In this document: positions 26,701 through 34,918 of the stretch, one piece after another | Position numbering within the stretch: the stretch's first letter is position 1 | Layout of the letters: the number at the start of each line of letters is the position of its first letter | Source: Candidatus Latescibacterota bacterium | GTDB taxonomy: Bacteria; Latescibacterota; UBA2968; UBA8231 | Length of the DNA: 64,000 nucleotides | Reading direction: 5' to 3' | Assembly: GCA_965200315.1 (NCBI GenBank) | Contig: OZ241362.1 | Coordinates: 5,088,001 to 5,152,000 of the forward strand | The notes under the pieces: generated by a model | What the model saw: the letters and a program-made list of their open reading frames with translations, nothing else | Database searches by the model: none | What the model was told of the DNA's origin: nothing | Translations under genes and position numbers: made by a program

Positions 26701-27527
26701 TGATTAATATCCCTTGGCATTTTCCATTGCATTTGGATTCAGCTATCAAGAGAAGTAGTAGCCAAGCAGAGGATTTGTTCAAGGAACAATATCCGGTGAT
26801 TTATCAGTATTTACTTTCACATAAGTCTGCCTTGAGTTCCCGAAATAGGTCAGAGACTGGAATTCGATACGAATGGTATGCGCTACAGCGGTGGGGGGCT
26901 AATTACTACGAGGACTTCGCAAAAGAAAAGCTACTTTGGATTGAACTAGTTGAAAACGGTAGATTCGCCTATGATGACAGTGGAATATATGGCGAAGCGA
27001 CATCGTTTATAATGACTGGCGAATCTATAAAATATCTATGCGCTGTGCTGAATGGAAATTTAGTCCGCTGGTTTCTCCAGCAGATAGCACCTACATCTGG
27101 TACGGGAACGTTACGCTGGAAAAAAGTCTATGTTGAGGTTGTTCCCATACCCAAAATATCCGCCGCCGATCAGCGTCCATTCATCCGCTTAGTGGATTAC
27201 ATCATATACCTCAAGCAGCAGTCATGTACAGACGGTAAAAACCTATCCCATTCCCGAGACTACCTCATGGTCAAATACTTTGAGCAGATCATTGACGGAC
27301 TAGTTTATGAACTCTACCTAACGGATGAACTCCATAGCGCAGGTAAGTATTTCTCTAAACCGTTATTGGACGAAAAACTTCCTTCAATTGAGGACGTGAC
27401 TGATAGTAAAATGTCCTCGATTCGCGGTATTTTTGAACGGCTATTTGACAAAAATCATCCCGTGCGGAAGAACCTTTTCTTTCTCGATAGTTTAGAAACT
27501 ATTCGCATCATTGAGGGTAAAACATGA
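23721..27527 (+). CDS. Eco57I/type IIG-like N6-adenine DNA methyltransferase with TaqI-like target recognition domain
   Basis: PFINGGLF, LGKVFENLL, TGSYYTPR, ILDPAVGSGAFP (motif I), IGNPPY (motif IV), RGITTGCNDAF, LRGRDI, EWYALQ. Confidence 0.9.
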   Translation: MKDSNRNQIAGALAAMPADDFMAAAQELLNVLRYESTKRIPLSGDVDAFLAALPPSPKTQATERFRSNAASAHIVFQLTDEEIAVGAKGQQRLLTTNGFDTGNNKSFLFVAVELTGTSYSRSEYSLFTREINKRFPIPTVVLFKTANDLLTLAFVHRRENKRNPERDVLGSVALVRQIDLSDPHRAHLDILGDLALEERLRWMDTKDHPTNFDGLLAAWLDALDTEELNRRFYRDLFGWFERTIREATFPSKQKRTLPPEEHVIRLITRLLFIWFIKEKRLVAEELFIEEQVSRLLKNYDRDAGDSYYRAVLQNLFFATLNTEIGKRGFSKVSNTTHRNFSRYRHKKEISDPDALLDLLAQTPFINGGLFDCLDSEEATGDGGYRIDCFSDNPSHRNLLSIPNRLFFDDKGLIRLFEHYKFTVEENTPAEREVALDPELLGKVFENLLAAVNPETRETARKQTGSYYTPRPVVDYMVDEALVETLAAKIQPADGDSKFWRERLHYLLDYNDASELFDADETEGLVRAIAGIKILDPAVGSGAFPMGVLHKLTLALRRLDPENKQWETLQKEMAGRRATDAFDTHNRRERPAELKEISDTFERYRDSDFGRKLYLIQNSIFGVDIQPIACQIAKLRFFISLAIEQEPNSDQDDNFGIQPLPNLETRFVAANTLLGLGKRVLASDEAHRLERELHANRERHFHATNRRVKLRCRKVDEKLREALAGKLRQIGMPTAAADKIAQWNPYDQNAKADWFDAEYMFGVPKGFDAVIGNPPYIQLQKDGGKLGKLYKDIGYETFARTGDIYQLFYECGCQLLRPTQGLLVYITSNSWLKAEYGKALRRYFSERHTSLRLLETGKDVFENAIVDTSILIVREGRGNTTCDAVDMDKLDAKDFPPDESLWGQMHPDGEKPWSILSQAEHSVMNKMKAKGIPLKDWEIKINRGITTGCNDAFIIDDETKKGLVREDSNSADLIKPVLRGRDIQRYQAKWAGFWLINIPWHFPLHLDSAIKRSSSQAEDLFKEQYPVIYQYLLSHKSALSSRNRSETGIRYEWYALQRWGANYYEDFAKEKLLWIELVENGRFAYDDSGIYGEATSFIMTGESIKYLCAVLNGNLVRWFLQQIAPTSGTGTLRWKKVYVEVVPIPKISAADQRPFIRLVDYIIYLKQQSCTDGKNLSHSRDYLMVKYFEQIIDGLVYELYLTDELHSAGKYFSKPLLDEKLPSIEDVTDSKMSSIRGIFERLFDKNHPVRKNLFFLDSLETIRIIEGKT

Positions 27528-28934
27528 GAATTACAGAGATTGAAATTAAAAACTTTAGAGCCTTCTACGGATCGTACCAAATTAATCTACACAAGGCTGG
27601 GAAAAATCTGCTCATTTACGGCGAAAACGGAAGTGGGAAGTCATCGCTGTATCTGGCGTTGAAGCTGTTCTTGGAATCTGCCGTGAAATCTCACCAATTT
27701 GAAGACTATCAGAACATCTTCGTCAAAGACGACAGTGGATACATTAAATTATATCTCCGTTCTGACTCGCATTCAAAGCGGCTTATCTACGAATGGTCGA
27801 AAAACGCTGTGGAAACGAATGATTCCTTGATTATTGATGCGTCAAAGGTCAAAGGTTTTCTCGATTATAAGACTCTTTTGGCGACGCACTATATTCAACA
27901 CGAAGAAAGAGACGTGAATATCTTTGATTTGCTGATCAACAACCTCCTTGCCACTACTATTAACGATGTGACAGAGCAAACTTTTGCCGACGATTGGACA
28001 AGTATAGAACAAGCTATTCCTCGCCGAAATACCAGCAATCAAATTAAGACCATAGAAGACAGGATACATGATTTCAATAATGGATTATCTAGTAAATTAA
28101 ATGAACTAAAGGAGAAAGCCTATGAAATACTTGATAAATTCGATTACAATATCGCTCTCGACTTTGGGTTTCAGGGCATCAAGTACAACCGCGATAATAA
28201 GAAGATAGGCAATAAACAGATATTTTTGATGGTCAATTTCTTTGATAGAAATATACCTTCGCACCATCATTTTCTGAATGAAGCAAAGCTTTCGGCAATT
28301 GCTATATCCATATCCTTTTCATCTTTTTTGCTTCAACCAAAAAGCGAGTTGAAAATTATCGCACTAGATGACGTATTGATTGGCTTAGACATGTCAAATC
28401 GCCTGCCCGTACTTGACATCCTAAGAGAAAACTTCTCAGATTACCAGATATTCTTTATGACGTATGATCGCATTTGGTATGAAATTGTCAGGCAACAGAC
28501 ACCAGATAATGAGTGGAAATATGCTGAGTTTTACTTCTCTAAAACCGATGAATACGAAATTCCCATATACGTGGAGGGACGATCCTAATATTAAAAAGGC
28601 GAAAGAATATTTTGGCGGCAACGACTACAAAGCCTGTGTGATTTATCTTCGTACAGCTTTTGAAGTCGCAATTAAGAGATTCTGCGACAAGAAGGAACTC
28701 CAAGTCAGGTATCGAGAAAATCCGAAACGTCTGACTAGCGAAGACTTTTGGCATCCGATAAAAAATAAAAATGCAAATTTTATTGCAACGGAACTCATTG
28801 AAGAAATCGAACTGTACCGAAGTATTATCCTAAATCCGCTCAGTCATGCTAATACTGTCAATACTTCCAAGAAAGAGATTTCAGCGGCAATAGAAGCAGT
28901 GGAGAAACTTGAGCAATCTCTAAACAGCAACTGA
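27524..28934 (+). pseudogene. ABC/SMC-type ATPase fused to HEPN domain (RloC-like), split by a frameshift at ~28587
   Basis: IEIKNFRAF, GENGSGKSS, FLNEAKLSA, LDDVLIGLD; stop TAA at 28586-28588; the other frame continues KKAKEYF..ACVIYLRTAFE..RSIILNPLSH (HEPN-like). Confidence 0.75.
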
Positions 28935-28941
28935 CTGAATT

Positions 28942-30036
28942 ATGGAACAGCATTTTTACGAGCAGCTAAAAATTGAGAATTTCCGCGGTATCAAGTCGCT
29001 GGAAATCGACGATCTCGCCCAAGTCAATCTGTTTGTGGGAAGAAATAACTGCGGCAAAACCTCGGTGTTGGAATCGATTTTTTTGCTAACCGGGATGTCA
29101 GACCCTGCCGTGCTTGTCTATATAGAAAATAGGAGAGGATTAAACCTCAAAGAAAATTCTCAGCTAAGGGATTTCTTTTACCGTCAAGAATACGATGAAA
29201 GACTTAGGCTGTTAGGTAGGCAAGGAACAGAAAATAGAGAACTCAATATTGTACCAATACATGGAACCTTCAATGTTGAGCAGCCAGTACCTGATTCTTT
29301 AAAAAGTTCAAATACCATTAAAGAAAGAGATACTCTCCAAGTCGGTATGTCAGGTTATACAACGGAGCAATCGCTGAACGGTCTAAAGTTTAAATTTACT
29401 CATTCAGCCAAAGGAAATTGTCAACACGAGGCTACAATAAGCCTAGTGGGATCGGGAGATTATCCATTTAATTTTCGATTAGACGAAGATTATAAGGAAA
29501 CTACGCATATTTGGTTTTTAGGCTCATCCTACGGTCCGAATATGGTCGACAAGATGCTTAATGAAAAACGCAAGGATATTCTAGTGAGCAGCCTTCAAAC
29601 TATAGAGCCGAAGGTAAAAGATATAAGGATAGGGTTGAACGGCATTGTGATGATTGACATTGGAACGGATAACTTCCTGCCTATTAACCATCTTGGAGGT
29701 GGGACGGTACATGTTCTGAATATACTTTCCACTATCTATACGGCTAGGAATGAGATTTTGCTTATCGACGAGATTGAAAATGGCCTTCATGTTTCTTCTA
29801 TAAAATATATGTGGGACATGGTGCTGGAGGCTGCTAAACAAAATCATACCCAGATATTCATGGCGACTCACAGCAGCGACGTCATAGAAGGTTTGAGTAT
29901 GGCCTTGCAGGACAAATCAGATTCAGTCGCTTGTTTCTGGCTGCATAAATTTGACGATGACCGGATCAAGGCTTACAGATATTCGCCTGACGGGCTGAAA
30001 AATGCCTTAGACGTAGGTATAGATATTCGCCATTAG
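28942..30036 (+). CDS. AAA_15/AAA_21 ABC-type ATPase (AriA-like)
   Basis: IENFRGIK, GRNNCGKTS, LGGGT, LLIDEIENGLH, ATHS. Confidence 0.85.
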   Translation: MEQHFYEQLKIENFRGIKSLEIDDLAQVNLFVGRNNCGKTSVLESIFLLTGMSDPAVLVYIENRRGLNLKENSQLRDFFYRQEYDERLRLLGRQGTENRELNIVPIHGTFNVEQPVPDSLKSSNTIKERDTLQVGMSGYTTEQSLNGLKFKFTHSAKGNCQHEATISLVGSGDYPFNFRLDEDYKETTHIWFLGSSYGPNMVDKMLNEKRKDILVSSLQTIEPKVKDIRIGLNGIVMIDIGTDNFLPINHLGGGTVHVLNILSTIYTARNEILLIDEIENGLHVSSIKYMWDMVLEAAKQNHTQIFMATHSSDVIEGLSMALQDKSDSVACFWLHKFDDDRIKAYRYSPDGLKNALDVGIDIRH

Positions 30037-30038
30037 CT

Positions 30039-30608
30039 ATGACTGATAAAACCTTGATTATTGTCGAAGGAAAAGAGGATAAAAATTTCCTAGAATCCTA
30101 TATTAAAAACTTGGGCTATTCCGATGAAGTTTTTAATATCCAGCAAGCAAAAGGAAAGGATAATCTGAAAGAAGACAGTATTAGAAACGAAATTGAAAAT
30201 GCTTTGGACAGAGGTTCACAGGTCTTAATTATCTTTGACGCAAACTCGGATCATGAAAGCACTAAAACCGGTATTGAGCACACTATAGAACGATTGGAAG
30301 GATTTAATATATTTCTTTTTCCTGATGACAATAGCGGTGGAACCGTGGAAAATTTGCTAGAAAAAATAGTAAAGTCAGAATACGAAAGAATTTTTGAGTG
30401 CTTTGAAGAATACAAGCAGTGCATAAGCGAGGGGATGAGCGAATATGAGTTGCCCGATATAAAAGCAAAGATATATGCTTACAAGCAAGTGCTTGGCATT
30501 CTTGAAACCCCTTTCGATCCTCAGTACTGGGATTTTGAAAACTCTGCACTGGATCCCCTGAGAAATTTTCTGACGCAGAACTTGTCAAACGATTTTGCCG
30601 TGTCTTAA
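30039..30608 (+). CDS. DUF3226-like TOPRIM-fold protein
   Basis: IIVEGKED, IIFDAN, FLFPDDNSGGTVENL, KAKIYAY, WDFENSALDPLRNFL; 2 nt after the ATPase. Confidence 0.75.
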   Translation: MTDKTLIIVEGKEDKNFLESYIKNLGYSDEVFNIQQAKGKDNLKEDSIRNEIENALDRGSQVLIIFDANSDHESTKTGIEHTIERLEGFNIFLFPDDNSGGTVENLLEKIVKSEYERIFECFEEYKQCISEGMSEYELPDIKAKIYAYKQVLGILETPFDPQYWDFENSALDPLRNFLTQNLSNDFAVS

Positions 30609-30778
30609 GAAGCTCTCTGAAAACCCCTGTCAGGCTACTTCGCGAGGAGGTCAAACGACTCGGGTGTCCGGCGTTTTTCGAGGTCGAGACGCCCCGATCC
30701 CAGCGGCTTGGAGTCAATACGAATCCGAGCCGAAGCCAAGTAGATGCAGATGAGTAACATCAGTTAGGAGGATAAATT

Positions 30779-32152
30779 ATGAGACTCGCAGCCTCAATTG
30801 AAAAGAATGGATACTTTTGGCTACCTAGCGAGGAAGAAGATGCACTCTCTGGAATACTTAAAATTTCCCAAAAAGGACAGGTAACGTTGGAATTAATGGT
30901 TCCTGTGGAATTCCCTAAAGCTACTGTCCAGACACCTTGGGCTTTTAGCTCAGACGACGACAACATTTCGTTAGATAAAATTATTGGTAAGGTCGAAGGA
31001 GACGAGTTCGTCACGTTGTGTCAATGTGAGTTCCTAACCCCTTTTAGTGGGCTAAACACTCTTCAAGCTGCTGCCAATGGCCCTGTTTCTTTGCAGCCAT
31101 CAAAATTCACCGTACAATATGCAATTATCGGTCGAAACTATTTCAAAAAAGAAGAGGAGATTTGTTTTTCTCGTTGCAAAGTTTTTTTCAAGGGACTCGA
31201 AGAATTGCTGAATACAGGGAGTATCAATGTAAAATACCCCTCCTTAAACAGAGTTACAATGGAGTATAATCGCCCTGATCCTGTATCCTTCAAGATACCC
31301 TACGAATCTAACAAAATTGAACTGACCCTGAATTTTCATCCGTCCAATTTTTCCTTTATTCCAGGAAATGAATTCGCCATCAAACAGAGCATTTATATAT
31401 CATTGTTATCTAACGAGTACTTATCATTTGATCGTTGTAGAGATATAATATGGAGAATTAATCAGTTTCTTTGTTTGGCGATTGATAAGCCTGTATCTTT
31501 TGAATCGGCCACTATATTTTCAAGAGAAAAATTAGAACGCATCGGAGATGAAGAACAAGAGATTCCGATGAAATTGTACTTCGACGGAAATTCTCGTCCT
31601 GAAATCGAGACTGAGATTTCACGGACAACTTGCCTTTTCTTTTATAAAGCTAACGAGATAAAAGAATTTGTATGTAATTTGATCTGTTGGATGCAGAATT
31701 ATGAAAAATATGATATTCCAATAAATCTATATTTTGCTTCTATTCATGGAAGATGGAATATAGAGCCGAGATTCTTGTCTCTCGTTCAGGGAATTGAGGT
31801 ATTTCATAGACAATTGAAAAACAGAGAAAAGCGCTTAGACGAGCGGATAAGGGAAATGACAGAAGAGTTCAAGGATAATTTTTTTGCAGATAACACCAAA
31901 CGAGAAATTTTTGCTCAAAACGTTAGAGAAGAAAGGAATTGGCTAACCCACTATGATAAGGCTAAATCTCCTTTTATGAAAGAGGGCAATATAAAAGGTT
32001 TTGTTGAACTTAACTGGAAGCTCGAAGCCCTTTTTCAACTGCATTTGATGAAACTTGCTGGAATGAAGATGGAAAGAATCAAGGAGATTGTTAAGAGAAA
32101 CTATCGTCTCCGCAACAAACTGGGATTGCTATCCGATAAGGAGACGGCATAG
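30779..32152 (+). CDS. apeA: ApeA-like protein (ApeA N-terminal domain plus HEPN RNase)
   Basis: N-terminal GYFWLP...SGILK..G.VTLEL; FLSLVQGIEVFHR; HEPN RNWLTH motif; AGGAGG Shine-Dalgarno. Confidence 0.75.
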   Translation: MRLAASIEKNGYFWLPSEEEDALSGILKISQKGQVTLELMVPVEFPKATVQTPWAFSSDDDNISLDKIIGKVEGDEFVTLCQCEFLTPFSGLNTLQAAANGPVSLQPSKFTVQYAIIGRNYFKKEEEICFSRCKVFFKGLEELLNTGSINVKYPSLNRVTMEYNRPDPVSFKIPYESNKIELTLNFHPSNFSFIPGNEFAIKQSIYISLLSNEYLSFDRCRDIIWRINQFLCLAIDKPVSFESATIFSREKLERIGDEEQEIPMKLYFDGNSRPEIETEISRTTCLFFYKANEIKEFVCNLICWMQNYEKYDIPINLYFASIHGRWNIEPRFLSLVQGIEVFHRQLKNREKRLDERIREMTEEFKDNFFADNTKREIFAQNVREERNWLTHYDKAKSPFMKEGNIKGFVELNWKLEALFQLHLMKLAGMKMERIKEIVKRNYRLRNKLGLLSDKETA

Positions 32153-32256
32153 CCACTAAACCGAGCTCGCTTAAACTAGAATCTCTCCCCTAAAAGATCC
32201 TTCATAATCGCACGAATGCGCCCCGCTTAATGACACCCAACTAGGAGCCACTATCC

Positions 32257-33012
32257 ATGACCGAAGTAGAGCGATATTTGTTTGACCTACAGGGTTATCT
32301 GATCATCGAAGACGTGTTGGATGTGCAAGCTGTCGCCGAGTTGAACCGGCTGATTGATGCTCAAGAGATGGGCTCAGACGTCGAGCAGGCGCAAGGGCGG
32401 CTACACACCGGCGGGTTTTTGACGTGGGGCCAGCCCTTTGTCGATTTGCTCGACCACGAGCGCATTATGCCACGGCTCAAGGTGATCTTAGGCGACGGTT
32501 TTCGGCTCGACCACTACTATGCGATCTATCTGGAGGCCGGTGCCGAGCGGCTCGGGTTGCACGGCGGCAACACGCCCTACGACCCGCCGGAGTACTACCA
32601 CTTCCGCAATGGACAGATGTACAATGGGCTGACGGTGGTCTCTTGGAATTTGGCCGACACCGGGCCGGCGCACGGCGGTTTTTGCTGCATTCCGGGCAGC
32701 CACAAGGTCAACTACCCCTGTCCGCAGGAAATCCGCGAAGCCCACGTCGAGGCCGGGTGCGTAGTGGTGCCGCAGGCAAAGGCCGGGTCAGTGGTGATTT
32801 TTACCGAGGCACTTACGCACGGCACCGCGCCGTGGCAGGCCGCGCACCAGCGGCGCTCGCTGTTGTTCAAATACAGTCCAGGGCAGCAGTCGTGGTCCAA
32901 AAGCCACATTGAGCCGCCGCAGGACGTGGCCTTGACCGAGCGACAGGCACTGCTTTTTGAGCCGCCGTATTTCCATGCGCGGGCCTCGCTTTTTGCCGCG
33001 GGGCAAGCATAA
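32257..33012 (+). CDS. Phytanoyl-CoA dioxygenase (PhyH) family Fe/2OG enzyme
   Basis: YLFDLQGYLIIEDVL, LHGG, GGFCCIPGSHK, AGSVVIFTEALTHGT, RRSLLFKY. Confidence 0.85.
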   Translation: MTEVERYLFDLQGYLIIEDVLDVQAVAELNRLIDAQEMGSDVEQAQGRLHTGGFLTWGQPFVDLLDHERIMPRLKVILGDGFRLDHYYAIYLEAGAERLGLHGGNTPYDPPEYYHFRNGQMYNGLTVVSWNLADTGPAHGGFCCIPGSHKVNYPCPQEIREAHVEAGCVVVPQAKAGSVVIFTEALTHGTAPWQAAHQRRSLLFKYSPGQQSWSKSHIEPPQDVALTERQALLFEPPYFHARASLFAAGQA

Positions 33013-33013
33013 C

Positions 33014-33763
33014 ATGGAAGCGCTGTTTCGCCCCTTTGTATTCGGAGCCGACGAACGGGCTGTGCTCGACCGCGACGGGCACTTCGCGCTGCCGGGCGTC
33101 CTGACTGACGCGGCTTGCGCCGAGTTGACCGCAGCGCTGGCGCGCATCCAAACCCTGCCAAGCGATGACGAGGAATATCGCCCCTCGCGTTTTGCCGCTG
33201 AATTCGACGCCTATTTGGAGGGCCTGATCGGGCATCCGCAACTGCTAAACTTGGTGCGCCGAGTGCTGGGGCCAGAAGTCCGCTACGACCACTGCGTGGC
33301 GTTGAACCGCGAAGGGGGCAATCCGGGGAGCCATTGGCACAGCCACGAGTACGCCGACGACGATCCGGCTCTGGGTTTTGTGCGGGTGTTTTTTTACGTC
33401 AATGGCTTCGCGGCCGACGATGGCGGGTTGAAGGTGGTGCCGGGGAGCCATCTGTATCGGGATCCGGGCATTAACGCAGAATCGGATGCTGCGTTGGCTC
33501 AGGCGTGGATGGCGGGGAAGGCGCATCCGGTTAGCGGTCAACCGCTCGCGATTGAGGAGTTGTCGGTGCCAAAGGGGACGGTGGTGTTGATGTGGACGCA
33601 CGCGGCGCATGGGGTCAATCCGCGCAAAGAAGCCAGCGACACTCGGTGGTGCGTGGTGTATGCGTATCGCAATCCGGGGCGGGAGTCGCACGCGCGGTGG
33701 CTTAGTCCGAGCTTTGCAAACAAGCAGATCAAAGGCGCAGAAGGATTGATGAGTTTGTACTAG
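33014..33763 (+). CDS. PhyH family Fe/2OG enzyme
   Basis: Start ATG 33014; RDGHFALPGVL, WHSH, GGLKVVPGSHL, KGTVVLMWTHAAHG, RW. Confidence 0.82.
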   Translation: MEALFRPFVFGADERAVLDRDGHFALPGVLTDAACAELTAALARIQTLPSDDEEYRPSRFAAEFDAYLEGLIGHPQLLNLVRRVLGPEVRYDHCVALNREGGNPGSHWHSHEYADDDPALGFVRVFFYVNGFAADDGGLKVVPGSHLYRDPGINAESDAALAQAWMAGKAHPVSGQPLAIEELSVPKGTVVLMWTHAAHGVNPRKEASDTRWCVVYAYRNPGRESHARWLSPSFANKQIKGAEGLMSLY

Positions 33764-33769
33764 AGAGGA

Positions 33770-34897
33770 ATGAAAATGAAAATGAAAATCACCGAGATTC
33801 GGACGTTTTTAGTGGGCAGGTTTTTGTTGGTCCGGGTCTATACCGATGAGGGCATCGTCGGCAATGGGGAGGCCGGGTTGTGGGCGCATCACGGGGTGGT
33901 GAAAGAGGCGCTGAGGGAGTTGAGTGATTACTACGTGGGCAAGGACCCGCTGCGCATTGAGCATCACTATCAGGTGGTGTCGCGGTCGGCCCATTTCATG
34001 GGCGCGGCGATGGGCGCGGCGATGAGCGCGATCGACATGGCACTGTGGGACCTATTCGGCAAGGCTGTGGGTTTGCCCGTGTACCAGTTGTTGGGCGGCA
34101 AGTGCCGCGACAAGGTAAAGGTGTACGAAAACGTCGGCGGACAGACGCCGGCGGCAGTGCGGGAGAGTGTGCAGGCGCGGGTGGAGGAGGGGTTTACGTC
34201 GTTTCGGATGGGGCCGTTTGTCAGCGGGTTTGAGCAGCGCACCAGCACGGCCAACATCTCGACGGCCGTGGAATTGGTGGCCGCGGCGCGGGAGGCGCTA
34301 GGGGACGAGATGGATTTGGGGTTGGAGATCCACCGGAACTTGCGGCCGGAGGAGGCGATTGCACTGGCCACGGAGTTGACGCCTTTTAAAATACTGTACT
34401 ACGAAGACCCGCTGCCGCCTCAGAGCTTTGAGGCCCTTGAGTACGTCGCCCAGAACATCAACATCCCAATCGCCACGGGCGAGCGGTGCTACAATCCCTT
34501 CCAGTTTAAGGATTTGATCGATCGCCAGATCGTCAGTTTTATTCGGCCGGACGTGTCGTTGGCCGGCGGATTTACGCAGGTGAAGAAAATTGCCGCGCTG
34601 GCGGAGACGGCTTTCGTCGGGGTGTTCCCCCATCTGATGGGCAGCCCCATCAACAACGCTGCTTTCGCGCAGCTAGGCGCGGCCATTCCCAACTACACGC
34701 ACACCGAGCACAATGCCCTCAACGGGCCGATGATCGAGATCGTCGATGAGCAGCTACAAGTCGAAGGCGGCTATCGGCTGCTGACCGATCGGCCGGGTAT
34801 TGGGATTGAGATCGTCGAAGACGCGCTGGCAAAATATCCGTACGAGCGCTGGGCGATTAAGGGGAGTTTCCACGCCGACGGCTCGGTCGCGCATTAA
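33770..34897 (+). CDS. Mandelate racemase/muconate lactonizing enzyme family (galactonate dehydratase-like)
   Basis: MKITEI, VRVYTDEGIVGNGE, SAIDMALWDLFGK..PVYQLLGG, YEDP, IATGER, RPD, PGIGIEI. Confidence 0.9.
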   Translation: MKMKMKITEIRTFLVGRFLLVRVYTDEGIVGNGEAGLWAHHGVVKEALRELSDYYVGKDPLRIEHHYQVVSRSAHFMGAAMGAAMSAIDMALWDLFGKAVGLPVYQLLGGKCRDKVKVYENVGGQTPAAVRESVQARVEEGFTSFRMGPFVSGFEQRTSTANISTAVELVAAAREALGDEMDLGLEIHRNLRPEEAIALATELTPFKILYYEDPLPPQSFEALEYVAQNINIPIATGERCYNPFQFKDLIDRQIVSFIRPDVSLAGGFTQVKKIAALAETAFVGVFPHLMGSPINNAAFAQLGAAIPNYTHTEHNALNGPMIEIVDEQLQVEGGYRLLTDRPGIGIEIVEDALAKYPYERWAIKGSFHADGSVAH

Positions 34898-34918
34898 TTC
34901 ACTACGAAGCGGGAGAAT

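Noticed and set aside
30609-30778. Higher-GC spacer within the island as a gene or ncRNA
   Set aside because: Only a short open frame with no recognisable motif, start or convincing structure.
20364-32152. Canonical BREX, DISARM or prophage
   Set aside because: No PglZ/BrxC, no DrmA/DrmB, and no integrase or phage structural genes recognised.
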